A stretch of DNA of 64,000 bases from Phycisphaeraceae bacterium (GCA_963674705.1 OY771506.1:3840001-3904000), one strand, 5' to 3'. Shown: positions 49,604-59,237, counted from the first letter of the stretch. Translations and numbers: made by a program. Notes: a model not told the origin generated them from the sequence alone.

Positions 49604-51586
49604 TCAGTTAACTTTCAGTTTTCCTTCAGCTTTGATCTCGTACTGATAGGCTTTCTCTTCATTACCCGCTTCACGGTAGAGTTTGGCTAACTCACGGTGT
49701 GCCTGGGTGAAGTTGGAGCTGAGCCGGGTCGCCAGTTCGATCGCCTCGATCGCTGGTTCGCGCCGGCCGATCCCCGCTAATGCCTGTCCCAGATGCAGGT
49801 GTGCTCTGGGGAACTGGTGAACCAACCCTACCGCATCCAGCGCCGCGTCCACCGCTTCGTCGTGGCGGTCCTGGCCGATCAGTGCCGTGGCCAGGCCGTC
49901 GTGTGACGGGGCGCTGTCGGCGTCGATCGTGAGAGCCATGCGGAACGCACGCTCGGCATCTTCGTATCGCTTGAACCGCAGATACGCCTGGCCCAGGCGC
50001 TGGTGCAAGCCGGGCAGACGGGGTTCTGCTTTTTCCACCTGCTCGAAGTTCTTGAGGGCAGCTTCGTTGTTGCCTTCCGCCAGTTCAAGTGTGCCCAGCA
50101 TCAGATGCACGCGCGGTGAAGGTTCATCACCTTCAAGTAGCTGCTCAGTCAGTTCACGGGCTTCAGTATTTCGGCCGTCGTTGATGTAACAGATCGCCAG
50201 TTGGATCTGGGCGGATTTATGCTTGGGCTGCTTGTCGATGATCTCTTCTAATATCGGGATCGCGTCGGACGTCCGACGTGCATCGATCAGGCAAAGCGCG
50301 AGGTTGAACTTGTTGTTCAGGATCGTGTCTTCGACGTTTTTCTGCATGTCTTCACCCGGCGCATCGACGTAACCGAGTTCGACGAGTTGTCGCATCGCTT
50401 CGGCTGCTTCGACGGGGTCTTGCCGGGCATCATCCGGGTGCATGCCGCATTCGCCATCCACCTTTTCCCAGCTCAGGATACGCTTCGGTTCGATCTGCCG
50501 GTCGAACACCTCGGCCCAGGGACGGCCGGGCATGTCCTGGCCTACCGGTAAACCCAACAGACGCAGAATCGTCGGCGTGACATCGAGCAGGCTCGCGCCG
50601 TAGAGGCGTTCGCCTTGTTTGAGGCCGGGCCCCGCTGCGACGACAACACCGAACGGGCGGTGCCATTCCACCGGGCCGGACTTTTCGAGCACGGGTGGAC
50701 GCATGTGGTCGTTGTAGTAGCCGTGGTCGCTGACGAGGATGACGGTGGTGTCTTCACCGGCTTGCGACAAAAGGGCATCGAGCATCATGTCGTGGAAGCG
50801 GTAGCAACCGACCATGACATCTTTGTAGATCTCGTATTCCTCTTCCGGCACGCTATCGAGACGCGGCGGATGGTAATGCATGAACTCGTGGCCGAACCGG
50901 TCGATGCCTTCGTAGTAGACGGCGGTCAGGTCCCATTCGGTGTTGTCGATCAGGTGGGTTGATACCGCGTGGATCGAGGCGGTTTGCGCCAGCAGCATCC
51001 GCAGTTTGCCTAGACGGTTTTCTTTGCTCTGATCGATTTCAGCGGCGCGCGGGATGAAGGGCAGGATCGCATCAGGGCCAAGCTCGCCGGGATGGATGCG
51101 GAAAGGTGAAAGCTCTTCGGCCATCTCAGCCGGGTGAACTGCGCCGCTGGGGATGGGCCAAGGCTCATCGAGTGTGCCGGCGATGTGCTCGAACTGGTTA
51201 CTGATGCAGCAGCCATTGATTGGCTCGGCGGGATGGCTGGCGTACCAACCGACGACATTTGTTGTCAGGTCGTTCTGTGTGAGGATGTTCCAGAGTGCTT
51301 TGCACTTACGGCTGGTGCTCATTACGGGTCGGACGCCGTCACCTTCGGGGGTCGGTTCGGTGAAGCCGTGTACGCCGTGGACGTCGGCGTAGTGACCGGT
51401 GGCGATGGAGTTCCAAAGCATCGGCGAGAGGATCGGCTGTAGCGTGGCGATGTTGCCCCAGACGCCGCGATCCATCAGCGACTTGAGCGCAGGCATCCAG
51501 CCCCGCTCGATCAGCGGGTTGATCATCTGCCAGTCGGCGGCGTCCCAGCCGATCAACAGGACCTTCTTGGCTATCCGATCGCTCAT
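49604..51586 (-). CDS. Alkaline-phosphatase-superfamily (phosphodiesterase-type) protein fused to TPR repeats
   Basis: LIGWDAAD, LSPMLWNSIATG, IDRFGH, VSDHG, WHR, LLDVTPT; about 6 TPR units at the C-terminus. Confidence 0.88.
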   Translation of the reverse strand: MSDRIAKKVLLIGWDAADWQMINPLIERGWMPALKSLMDRGVWGNIATLQPILSPMLWNSIATGHYADVHGVHGFTEPTPEGDGVRPVMSTSRKCKALWNILTQNDLTTNVVGWYASHPAEPINGCCISNQFEHIAGTLDEPWPIPSGAVHPAEMAEELSPFRIHPGELGPDAILPFIPRAAEIDQSKENRLGKLRMLLAQTASIHAVSTHLIDNTEWDLTAVYYEGIDRFGHEFMHYHPPRLDSVPEEEYEIYKDVMVGCYRFHDMMLDALLSQAGEDTTVILVSDHGYYNDHMRPPVLEKSGPVEWHRPFGVVVAAGPGLKQGERLYGASLLDVTPTILRLLGLPVGQDMPGRPWAEVFDRQIEPKRILSWEKVDGECGMHPDDARQDPVEAAEAMRQLVELGYVDAPGEDMQKNVEDTILNNKFNLALCLIDARRTSDAIPILEEIIDKQPKHKSAQIQLAICYINDGRNTEARELTEQLLEGDEPSPRVHLMLGTLELAEGNNEAALKNFEQVEKAEPRLPGLHQRLGQAYLRFKRYEDAERAFRMALTIDADSAPSHDGLATALIGQDRHDEAVDAALDAVGLVHQFPRAHLHLGQALAGIGRREPAIEAIELATRLSSNFTQAHRELAKLYREAGNEEKAYQYEIKAEGKLKVN

Positions 51587-51690
51587 ACGTGTTCCGCAGT
51601 CCGTCAGGTCAAAAACATACCGCATACCCGCACGCATCTGCGCGAGCTTGAGCGTCTTTCTCACCTTCCTTAAGTCGCTCGACGCTGAAA

Positions 51691-52554
51691 CTAGCGACGG
51701 CGACGCCACATCGTCACGCCGCAAGATCCCGCGGCCAGCAATGACAACGCACCGGGCTCAGGCACGGCAGCAGTCGGGGGGGTACCCGCGTTCCAGTTGT
51801 TCAGTACGACATCCAGGTCGTCCAAACCGACAAAACCATCGGGCTCACCACCGGCGCCCGAGACGTCGGCACGATCATCGCCGGGCGGGATGGTCTGGTT
51901 CCAGTTATTGAGGATGATGTCCAGGTCGTCGAGGCCGACAAAGCCGTCGCTGTTGAGGTCACCCGCCAAGGCGCTGCTGATAGCGCCGGCGAGGATGCCG
52001 GTGTTCGGTATATTCTCAAACGCGAAGTCCTTGATCACGAACGTGCCAGCGGCGTTATTCACATCGACACGGACCCATGCGTAGTGCAGGTCCGCACCGA
52101 TGGGGAACGAGAAGCCAACATAAGCATCGGTGACATTGTCGAATTCACCGTTGGGGTTGTTCACGCCGTAAGACATCGAGCCGACGACGTACGTGCTGAT
52201 TGTTGTAGAGCTGATTTCATCCCCGGCTTCGAGTGCTGTTGCATAAATCAGACTGCCGGTCTTGGTACCCATCAGTTTACCGGGGTTGTACTGGATGTAG
52301 ACGCCTTGATAGTTGCCGCCGGCGAAGACGTAGTTCTTGAATAGGATATCCGTGTATTGATCGCCATCGATGTAGAGCGTTTGTGAAGAAAACTGGCCGA
52401 TGGAGATGTCGTCGATATCGAAGTACTCGATCGCAGCGCCGGCGTGCTGGGTCAAACCTGCCGTGGCGGCGGCACCTGCCATCAGCGAATAAGCCATGAG
52501 GCGTGCGTCACGCTTGTTCTGAACTTCACGACCGTTGATCTGTGTCATATCCAT
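51691..52554 (-). CDS. PEP-CTERM protein with dockerin-like repeat (paralog of next gene)
   Basis: KNYVFAGGNYQG...HYAWVRVDV core, duplicated GLDDLD repeat, VPEP-TM-RRRR. Confidence 0.88.
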   Translation of the reverse strand: MDMTQINGREVQNKRDARLMAYSLMAGAAATAGLTQHAGAAIEYFDIDDISIGQFSSQTLYIDGDQYTDILFKNYVFAGGNYQGVYIQYNPGKLMGTKTGSLIYATALEAGDEISSTTISTYVVGSMSYGVNNPNGEFDNVTDAYVGFSFPIGADLHYAWVRVDVNNAAGTFVIKDFAFENIPNTGILAGAISSALAGDLNSDGFVGLDDLDIILNNWNQTIPPGDDRADVSGAGGEPDGFVGLDDLDVVLNNWNAGTPPTAAVPEPGALSLLAAGSCGVTMWRRRR

Positions 52555-52675
52555 GTCTCTCTAAACTCACAAGCCTTTTGTATTGCCCCGGTTGAAATTG
52601 TCCCGATCCTGTTCCCAGAACCGGGACGTCGTCGTATTTATTCGCAGCAGGGCGTCAGCCCGTAACTTCAATGCC

Positions 52676-53302
52676 TTAGCGGCGTCGCCACGCCATGACC
52701 CCGGCAGCGCCCACGGCCAGTAATGACAGGGCGCCCGGTTCGGGCACGGCGCCGGCTACGATGCCTTGGCCGGCCACATCATCGTAGGCCCAGTCCTTGA
52801 TCACGAACGTGCCGGCGGTGTTGTCGACGTCCACGCGGATCCAGCCGTAGTGATTCACGCCGCCGATCGGGAACGCCAGGCCGATATAGGCATCGGTGAC
52901 ATTGTTGAATTCGGCGTTGGGATTATTCGCGCCATAAGCCATGGAACCGACGAAGCTGGGGCCGGCGGTGCCGGCGTCAATGATGTCGCCTGCATTAAGT
53001 GCCGAGGCATACGACAGACCATTGGTGAAACCCACGAGCTTTCCGGGGTAGAAGTTGACATAGGCGCCCTGGTAATTACCTCCACTGAATACATAGTTTT
53101 TCAGCAGGATGTCGTTGTACGCATCACCGTCAAGGTTCAGGTTTTGCGAGCCGAACTGCCCGATGGCGATGTTCTGCAAGCCCGAGTACACGATGGCTGC
53201 ATCTGCTGTGCCGGCCGCAATAGCCGAAGCACCGGCGGCCAACGAGTAAGCAAGTAAACGCATCTCACGTCCCTGTGGACGCGCATCACAATCCTTGGTC
53301 AT
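52676..53302 (-). CDS. PEP-CTERM protein without dockerin-like repeat
   Basis: Start at ATG 53302 after ggagaggag; KNYVFSGGNYQG...HYGWIRVDV; VPEP-TM-RRR. Confidence 0.88.
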   Translation of the reverse strand: MTKDCDARPQGREMRLLAYSLAAGASAIAAGTADAAIVYSGLQNIAIGQFGSQNLNLDGDAYNDILLKNYVFSGGNYQGAYVNFYPGKLVGFTNGLSYASALNAGDIIDAGTAGPSFVGSMAYGANNPNAEFNNVTDAYIGLAFPIGGVNHYGWIRVDVDNTAGTFVIKDWAYDDVAGQGIVAGAVPEPGALSLLAVGAAGVMAWRRR

Positions 53303-53668
53303 TTTGTTTTTCTCCTCTCCTGGGAACAACACGTTGCGTGGATTACACAAGCACAGTAGGCGTAGCACAGATAAAGGTTTAACCGCCGCTTGGAATGATA
53401 ATATAGCCTATGTATCTACTAAAACAAGCAATTATATCCAGCCACATACAATGTAAATGGCTGTTACAAATTCTTAACAATTCTCTAAACTATCCAGTCG
53501 TTAATGGCTTATAAGCCATATTTTGCATGCATTACATAATTGGCAACAAATCAGTTATTTATAAACATAAGACAACTAATTATTATTTTATTGGCGGCAA
53601 GTAAGCGCAAAACAGCTATCAGGCAAGCCTGGATAGCTGGGTAAGTGAGGTACCGGTCTTTTTGTGGA

Positions 53669-53815
53669 TTAGTACTTGCGGACGTTGACGCTGCGGCCTT
53701 CGCGGCGTTTGGCATTAAGCATTTTGCGGCCGTTTCTGGTGCGCATCCTGGCGCGGAAGCCGAACTTACGGGCTCGTTTGATCATGCTGCGTCGCTTGGG
53801 GTAATGCGTCGACAT
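53669..53815 (-). CDS. rpmH: 50S ribosomal protein L34
   Basis: Manual translation MSTHYPKRRSMIKRARKFGFRARMRTRNGRKMLNAKRREGRSVNVRKY (48 aa); below the ORF-track cutoff. Confidence 0.93.
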   Translation of the reverse strand: MSTHYPKRRSMIKRARKFGFRARMRTRNGRKMLNAKRREGRSVNVRKY

Positions 53816-53871
53816 CTCGGTCGCTCCTGCGGTCAAGGCCCATTGTCGGGCTTATACGGCCGGGTGTCCGG

Positions 53872-56331
53872 CTATTTGATGTTGAATATCACCGACTCGT
53901 ACACCAGATTCCCTCGGGCGTCGGCGGCCCGCAGTGTCAGCACGTGCGGACCCGGGGAAAGATCGAAGATCGTAACAGCCCAGGATTCGGATGTCGAATC
54001 GAAGATCAGGTCATCCGGGAGTATTGGCTTGAATTCGCTCTTCTTATCAAGGGCGTAGGCGATCGATCGGATGGGTGACCAATCGTCGGTCGCCGTGCCT
54101 GAAACCTTGATCTGGTTGCCGTTTACGTCCTTATTAACGATCAGATCGGGGGCGGAATTGTCCACCAGGACGGGGGCGGCACGACGGGATGTGGTCAGCG
54201 CCATATCTCCGGGATTGTCAGGCCGATCGTCGGCGGTGACACGCACGATGTATCGGCCGTCCGGGACGCGGCGGGTTTCCCACTCGTAGGTCATATCTGT
54301 GAGGTCTTCCTCAATCAGCAGGTAGAAGTCGGAGCCGGCCGGCTGGTACTCGAGCTTGTAGAGCAGGGGGTCCTGGTTGTCATCTGCGGCTTCCCACTCG
54401 ATGTTCATGATCGTCGCCGGTGGGGCGTCAGGCTCTGATTCTTCGGGATACGCCGCGGTGACCTTGTTGATGACTGGCTTGAGGTTCGGTGTGACGTAAG
54501 CCGCTTCGACGCGGTCCACAACGGGCGTGGCGTCATCAGCGCCGGTCAGCGTCAGGCGATACTGGAGGAATCGAGCCGGCGGTGACTGGACGGTGACTTC
54601 CTTCGGAGCCAGTGCCGGCAGTTTTTCATCCGGCATCAGAACCTGCGATTGAGACCATTCGGACCACGCGGCCTGCTCCGGGTCCTGCACATTACCGCTG
54701 CGTGTTTCGATCGTCAGGGAACAACCTTCGGGGATGTCGGCGGTGACACGCAGCAAACCCCACAGGCTGATCTGCGCTGCATCGAGTGAGGCGCTGGTGT
54801 ATGTGCCAAGGTGGCCGTAGCTGTTACCGAGGGTGAACAGTTCCGCGGGGTTAGCGGTAGCGATGACGGTGTTGCCATCGGAATCAATCGCCATCGCCGG
54901 GACCTGCTCGGCTGCCAGATCAACGAGTACCGCGAATTCGAGCGTGTCCGGATCGATCACGAAAACCTGGCCTTCATTACCCGTGGCAGCCAGGAGTTTG
55001 CCATCAACTTCGACCAACTTCAGGATCATGACCGAATCACGGAAAACCTCGCTGACGAAGCCTTGGCCATCGATGTGATAGATCGCGTTGCCTTCCTTCT
55101 CCACAGCGGGGGCGCTGACGGGTTGTGATCGGCTGCCGGAGCTGGATGCACGTCGGCTGCTGCCGCCTGCGGACGGCGGGCCGGCCTGCAATTCACCGCT
55201 CTTACGTGCCGCACGCAAACGGTCACGGATCAGTTCACGCAGACGGTCGTACTGTTCGGGGGTCGGTTCTTCCGCGACAGGTTCACCGGCTTCGGCCTTT
55301 TCGGCTTCGGCGACGGGTTGCTCGGTCTTGGTTACGTCTGCCGCTTTAGCGGCTTCTGCGTCTTCGGGCACCACTGCCGCGGGTTCGGCGTTTACATCGG
55401 CTTCAACATGATCCTCGGACATTGGTGACGGTTCAGTTTCGCCTTGATCGCCCGGTTCGGCTTGTTCCGACTCCGGTTTACCACCTTCTTCACTCGCCGC
55501 TTCCGTCATACGACCGGGACGAGCCTGCTCGGCATCGGCTGTGCCGACATATAGCGAGCCGTCTTCGGTAACCAGCAGCGCACCGATTTCCGGCTCCGGG
55601 GCGTCAAACAATGCGTATGGCTGGGCGTCGTCACCTTGATTCAAGGCAAGCTTCAAGACCAGGCCATCCTCGTCCGTACCGAAGATGATGTTGCCTTGCT
55701 TGTCCTGTGCGAGGCTGAGGATGTTGGCTTGGGATGCGTCGTAAAGTTCGGTGACCGGTTCTTCGGCATCCGGTTTGATGAGAAGCAGCTTGCCTTCGGT
55801 ACCCGTGGCGGCGACGATCCCGCTATCCGTGACGATTATGTCCCAGATGTAGCGGACACCTTCGAGCTCGGTGAGTGTGGTCAGCTCTTCGCCATCGAGA
55901 ACCGCCAGCTTGCTGGTTGTGCCGCTGACAGCGACCAGCAGTTTGCCATCGTAAACACCGATCGCGAAGATCTGCGATTCAGGCAGGGCGGTGACTTCAA
56001 CGATCTCGTCTCCGTCGCGTTTGAGGATCTTGCCCTCGGGGCCCGCGGCGAGATAGATCGTGCCGTCGGGCATCTCCTGCAGGTCGTAGATGATGCTGGC
56101 TTCTTCCGGCAGTTCGCCGATGGTGGTCGACTCGGTCGCGAGCTTGATATCACCGAGGCTGGTGATGAGTGTGCCGTCCACCTCGCCCGGCTCAAAGTCG
56201 GCTTCGGTCGTGTGCTCGAAGCGCTGCGGCTGGATAGCCGAAGCTTGGGGAACGGGCAGGCACACGGTACCGATCAGGAGTGTGGGGATCAGTGTTAACA
56301 ACGGGAACTTGCGCATGACGTATCCTTGCAT
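53872..56331 (-). CDS. Large secreted beta-propeller-like/Ig-like hypothetical protein
   Basis: Signal peptide, repeated GxIYxATGxxGxxxxx blades, acidic linker, RFLQYR and PDGRYIVRVTADD segments. Confidence 0.75.
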   Translation of the reverse strand: MQGYVMRKFPLLTLIPTLLIGTVCLPVPQASAIQPQRFEHTTEADFEPGEVDGTLITSLGDIKLATESTTIGELPEEASIIYDLQEMPDGTIYLAAGPEGKILKRDGDEIVEVTALPESQIFAIGVYDGKLLVAVSGTTSKLAVLDGEELTTLTELEGVRYIWDIIVTDSGIVAATGTEGKLLLIKPDAEEPVTELYDASQANILSLAQDKQGNIIFGTDEDGLVLKLALNQGDDAQPYALFDAPEPEIGALLVTEDGSLYVGTADAEQARPGRMTEAASEEGGKPESEQAEPGDQGETEPSPMSEDHVEADVNAEPAAVVPEDAEAAKAADVTKTEQPVAEAEKAEAGEPVAEEPTPEQYDRLRELIRDRLRAARKSGELQAGPPSAGGSSRRASSSGSRSQPVSAPAVEKEGNAIYHIDGQGFVSEVFRDSVMILKLVEVDGKLLAATGNEGQVFVIDPDTLEFAVLVDLAAEQVPAMAIDSDGNTVIATANPAELFTLGNSYGHLGTYTSASLDAAQISLWGLLRVTADIPEGCSLTIETRSGNVQDPEQAAWSEWSQSQVLMPDEKLPALAPKEVTVQSPPARFLQYRLTLTGADDATPVVDRVEAAYVTPNLKPVINKVTAAYPEESEPDAPPATIMNIEWEAADDNQDPLLYKLEYQPAGSDFYLLIEEDLTDMTYEWETRRVPDGRYIVRVTADDRPDNPGDMALTTSRRAAPVLVDNSAPDLIVNKDVNGNQIKVSGTATDDWSPIRSIAYALDKKSEFKPILPDDLIFDSTSESWAVTIFDLSPGPHVLTLRAADARGNLVYESVIFNIK

Positions 56332-56355
56332 CTCGTTATTGGTAAGCGTTTGGGT

Positions 56356-58323
56356 TTAAGGTTTGCGAACACTGATTGTAAAACTGACTTGCCCCAGGAT
56401 CACCGCATCGGCGTCAGAGACCTGATCGATCAGGCGGGGGTAGGTCATCGTTTCGGTGGTCGTGGGACTAGTTAACATCGCTGCACGGCTGGACGGGAGC
56501 TTGGGCATCTCCGTCTTGCCGACCGCGATACCGGTATCAGGAAGCTGTATTGCGGCATAGATCGCGTCTGCTTTGTAGGAGAGCGACTCCTGAATGAATG
56601 CCACAATATCATCGATTGTATTCGTGACCATCAGACTCGGCTTAGTGAGTATTTTCATATTGGCGTACGCATCCGCACCGCTTACCGTCAGGGGGTAATC
56701 ACCTTCTTCCAGGTCCTCCGGCAATGTAAGCTCAATCCGACGCGTCTCGAAGCCGCCTCCGTAGTATTGAAGCTCAAGGTGAACGACAACCGTATCGCCC
56801 GGCGCAACTTCCGCCCGCTCAAGCCGGGCGTTGCTGATGCGGGCCTGCTGGATGCCGTCTTCCACATCAACCGTCACATTCACAGATTCGATATCCAACG
56901 ATTCGTAAGCATTATCAACAAGGATGTTCAGGGCCGGCAATACTTCCATCACCGCGTAAACGGCATTCCCCCCGGCGATCATCGAGTCGATTGAAATGTC
57001 GCGTCCTCCGCTGAACGACAAATTCCCTTTGACACGCATCGTGGTTTCTTGATCCATGCCGTAGATCGCGTTGATGCTTTCCAGTACGACGTTTGCCACA
57101 AGCACCGGACTCAACGACGGTTCGTTGACGACCGTGTAGTGATAGCTTCTACTTTGATCGTTGGGCCTGTTGACGACGACCTCGACCGGTGCCGTGGTAT
57201 AAAGCACCTTGTCAGTACCGACAACACCGGCGCTCTCATCACGCACGAGCGAGCCCAAAGGCGTCAGGGAGCCGGAGTTCTTAAAGCTGATTGAACGCCT
57301 GGGCATTACGAAGTGAACATACCCGGTCGACATCGGCACCTGCGCTTTGCCCTGGTCAAACATCGGGTGCCCGAAACCGAGTACCGAGCCGTCAGGCAGA
57401 ACATCCGTCACCGTGCCGGTTGCGCTCAGTTCCATGTCGCCATAGGCCAGCGGTACCGCGAGCACACTGCCCGGTTCGATATTGACCTTTTTATAGTCGA
57501 TTGACTTCGGCGGCGCGCCGGCGACGGGCCCGGAAGCCGATGCCACAGCCATCAGCCCCATGGACTCGAGTAACGGGCTGAAAAGCTCGACGCTCAGCGA
57601 TGAACCCAGCGTGATCGGCAGCATCATGTTGGATGCATACGTCCCCGCTCGAGGTCCGGGAACACGATCCGTAGCAGCGGATACTTCGACAGTGTTACCT
57701 TCAATCCGATGCATCATTTCAAGCATCGCGTGGTAGCGTGTTTTCGCTAATGATGTAGCGGGGAAGCTGTCCATCCGTTCTAGCAATTCGATCGTTCGCC
57801 GGTTGGAACCCGAACGTGCTGAAGACTTGGAATCTTTCCCATCTGTTTCCGGAATGCGTGTCGCCGAGTCACGCATATACTCGATAGGCTGCACGCCCAC
57901 GATGCATTGCTGCGATTCGCTGTAGCCAAAGGCGAAAGCCCCGATCAACTTCCCGCCATGACCGATCTCGTGAGGCCCGTCATCGTCCCAAAGAAAGATC
58001 GGCGAGCCGGACATGCCCTGCACCGGGCCCGATTCAATCATCCGATCATCCGTACATCGCATCCAGACCACGCTTCGAGTCGGCACTGCGTTGGGAACGA
58101 TGCTGACAACCTCGACGTTGAACGGCTCGATCTTCGTGCCGTGGAACACCGTCAGGCCGTAGCCCTTCATCCCAATACGGACCTCGTCGACCGACATCGC
58201 TGGGGTGGGTTCGGCGGGGGCGACAATGCTTTGTCCGGAAGCAGGAAGGGTGGTCAGCAGCGGTAGCCAACCCAGCATAAGCAGGATGCCGGCTGTAAGA
58301 ATCCGATGGTTGGCGTTTTTCAT
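56356..58323 (-). CDS. SpoIVB peptidase S55 domain protein, secreted
   Basis: QGMSGSP...GKLIGA near the N-terminus; GTVT...LGFGHP later. Confidence 0.85.
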   Translation of the reverse strand: MKNANHRILTAGILLMLGWLPLLTTLPASGQSIVAPAEPTPAMSVDEVRIGMKGYGLTVFHGTKIEPFNVEVVSIVPNAVPTRSVVWMRCTDDRMIESGPVQGMSGSPIFLWDDDGPHEIGHGGKLIGAFAFGYSESQQCIVGVQPIEYMRDSATRIPETDGKDSKSSARSGSNRRTIELLERMDSFPATSLAKTRYHAMLEMMHRIEGNTVEVSAATDRVPGPRAGTYASNMMLPITLGSSLSVELFSPLLESMGLMAVASASGPVAGAPPKSIDYKKVNIEPGSVLAVPLAYGDMELSATGTVTDVLPDGSVLGFGHPMFDQGKAQVPMSTGYVHFVMPRRSISFKNSGSLTPLGSLVRDESAGVVGTDKVLYTTAPVEVVVNRPNDQSRSYHYTVVNEPSLSPVLVANVVLESINAIYGMDQETTMRVKGNLSFSGGRDISIDSMIAGGNAVYAVMEVLPALNILVDNAYESLDIESVNVTVDVEDGIQQARISNARLERAEVAPGDTVVVHLELQYYGGGFETRRIELTLPEDLEEGDYPLTVSGADAYANMKILTKPSLMVTNTIDDIVAFIQESLSYKADAIYAAIQLPDTGIAVGKTEMPKLPSSRAAMLTSPTTTETMTYPRLIDQVSDADAVILGQVSFTISVRKP

Positions 58324-58354
58324 AAGTTTTGAAGCGTACTAGGAGTGAAGGTTA

Positions 58355-58383
58355 TTGACAAGCCGAGTTGACTGATTGATACT
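58355..58383 (+). promoter_or_regulatory. Sigma70-type promoter upstream of rnc
   Basis: TTGACA-N17-GATACT. Confidence 0.55.
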
Positions 58384-58517
58384 TTATAGGTCCGCTGACG
58401 CAGCGGCGCCCTGGCTCGACCCGGGCAGCCGCCGCGGCACCGGGTGGCACGCGGCAGCCGGTTATTGACCGGGCATGTCGTGTTATCGTTGTTCACAACG
58501 CCATCTATTGCCCGATT

Positions 58518-59237
58518 ATGGTTGAAAAAGCACATGAAGTCCTCGGCTACCGGTTCAAAGACGCGGCGCTGCTCGAAGAAGCTCTGACACACGCCTCTGT
58601 CGCTGACGACCGGCTCAGCAGTAACGAACGTATGGAGTTCCTCGGCGATGCCATTCTAGGCTTTATCGTCTGTGAATATCTATACAACGCCTACCCCGAT
58701 CTGCTGGAAGGCGACCTCACCAAAATCAAGAGCGCCGTGGTCAGCCGTCGCGTTTGCGCGATAATCAGCAAGGCCAACAACATGGCTGAGATGCTCAACC
58801 TCGGCAAAGGGATGACCGGCCGAGCCTCGCTGCCCAACAGCGTCGCCGCCGCCGTGCTCGAATCGCTTATCGCCGCGATCTACCTCGACGGCGGGATCAA
58901 CGAAGCCCGTGAATTCATCCTGCGTCACATGGTGCCTTTCATCAAGGAGGCCGCGGACTCCGCTCATCAACAAAACTTCAAGAGTGTGCTCCAGCAATAC
59001 GCCCAGAAACACTTGCCAAGCAATCCGATCTACGTCTTACTGGATGAAAAAGGGCCCGATCATTCCAAATGCTTCGAGGTTTGCGTGGAGGTCGAAGGCA
59101 GACGGAGCGGGTCAGCCTGGGCTAACTCGAAAAAAGAAGCCGAGCAAAACGCAGCGCTCAACGCCCTCATGGAAATAGGCCTGGCACAGAAGCTGGATGA
59201 CGGCACCGTCATCATCAGCCCTGCCAACGAGGATTAG
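58518..59237 (+). CDS. rnc: Ribonuclease III
   Basis: ALTHAS, NERMEFLGDAILG, EGDLT, dsRBD KSVLQQY..GPDH...KKEAEQ. Confidence 0.95.
   Translation: MVEKAHEVLGYRFKDAALLEEALTHASVADDRLSSNERMEFLGDAILGFIVCEYLYNAYPDLLEGDLTKIKSAVVSRRVCAIISKANNMAEMLNLGKGMTGRASLPNSVAAAVLESLIAAIYLDGGINEAREFILRHMVPFIKEAADSAHQQNFKSVLQQYAQKHLPSNPIYVLLDEKGPDHSKCFEVCVEVEGRRSGSAWANSKKEAEQNAALNALMEIGLAQKLDDGTVIISPANED

Noticed and set aside
53370..53660. AT-rich region beside rpmH as a possible oriC
   Set aside because: No cluster of TTATCCACA-like DnaA boxes and no dnaA, dnaN or rnpA nearby; better explained as the promoter region of the PEP-CTERM genes.
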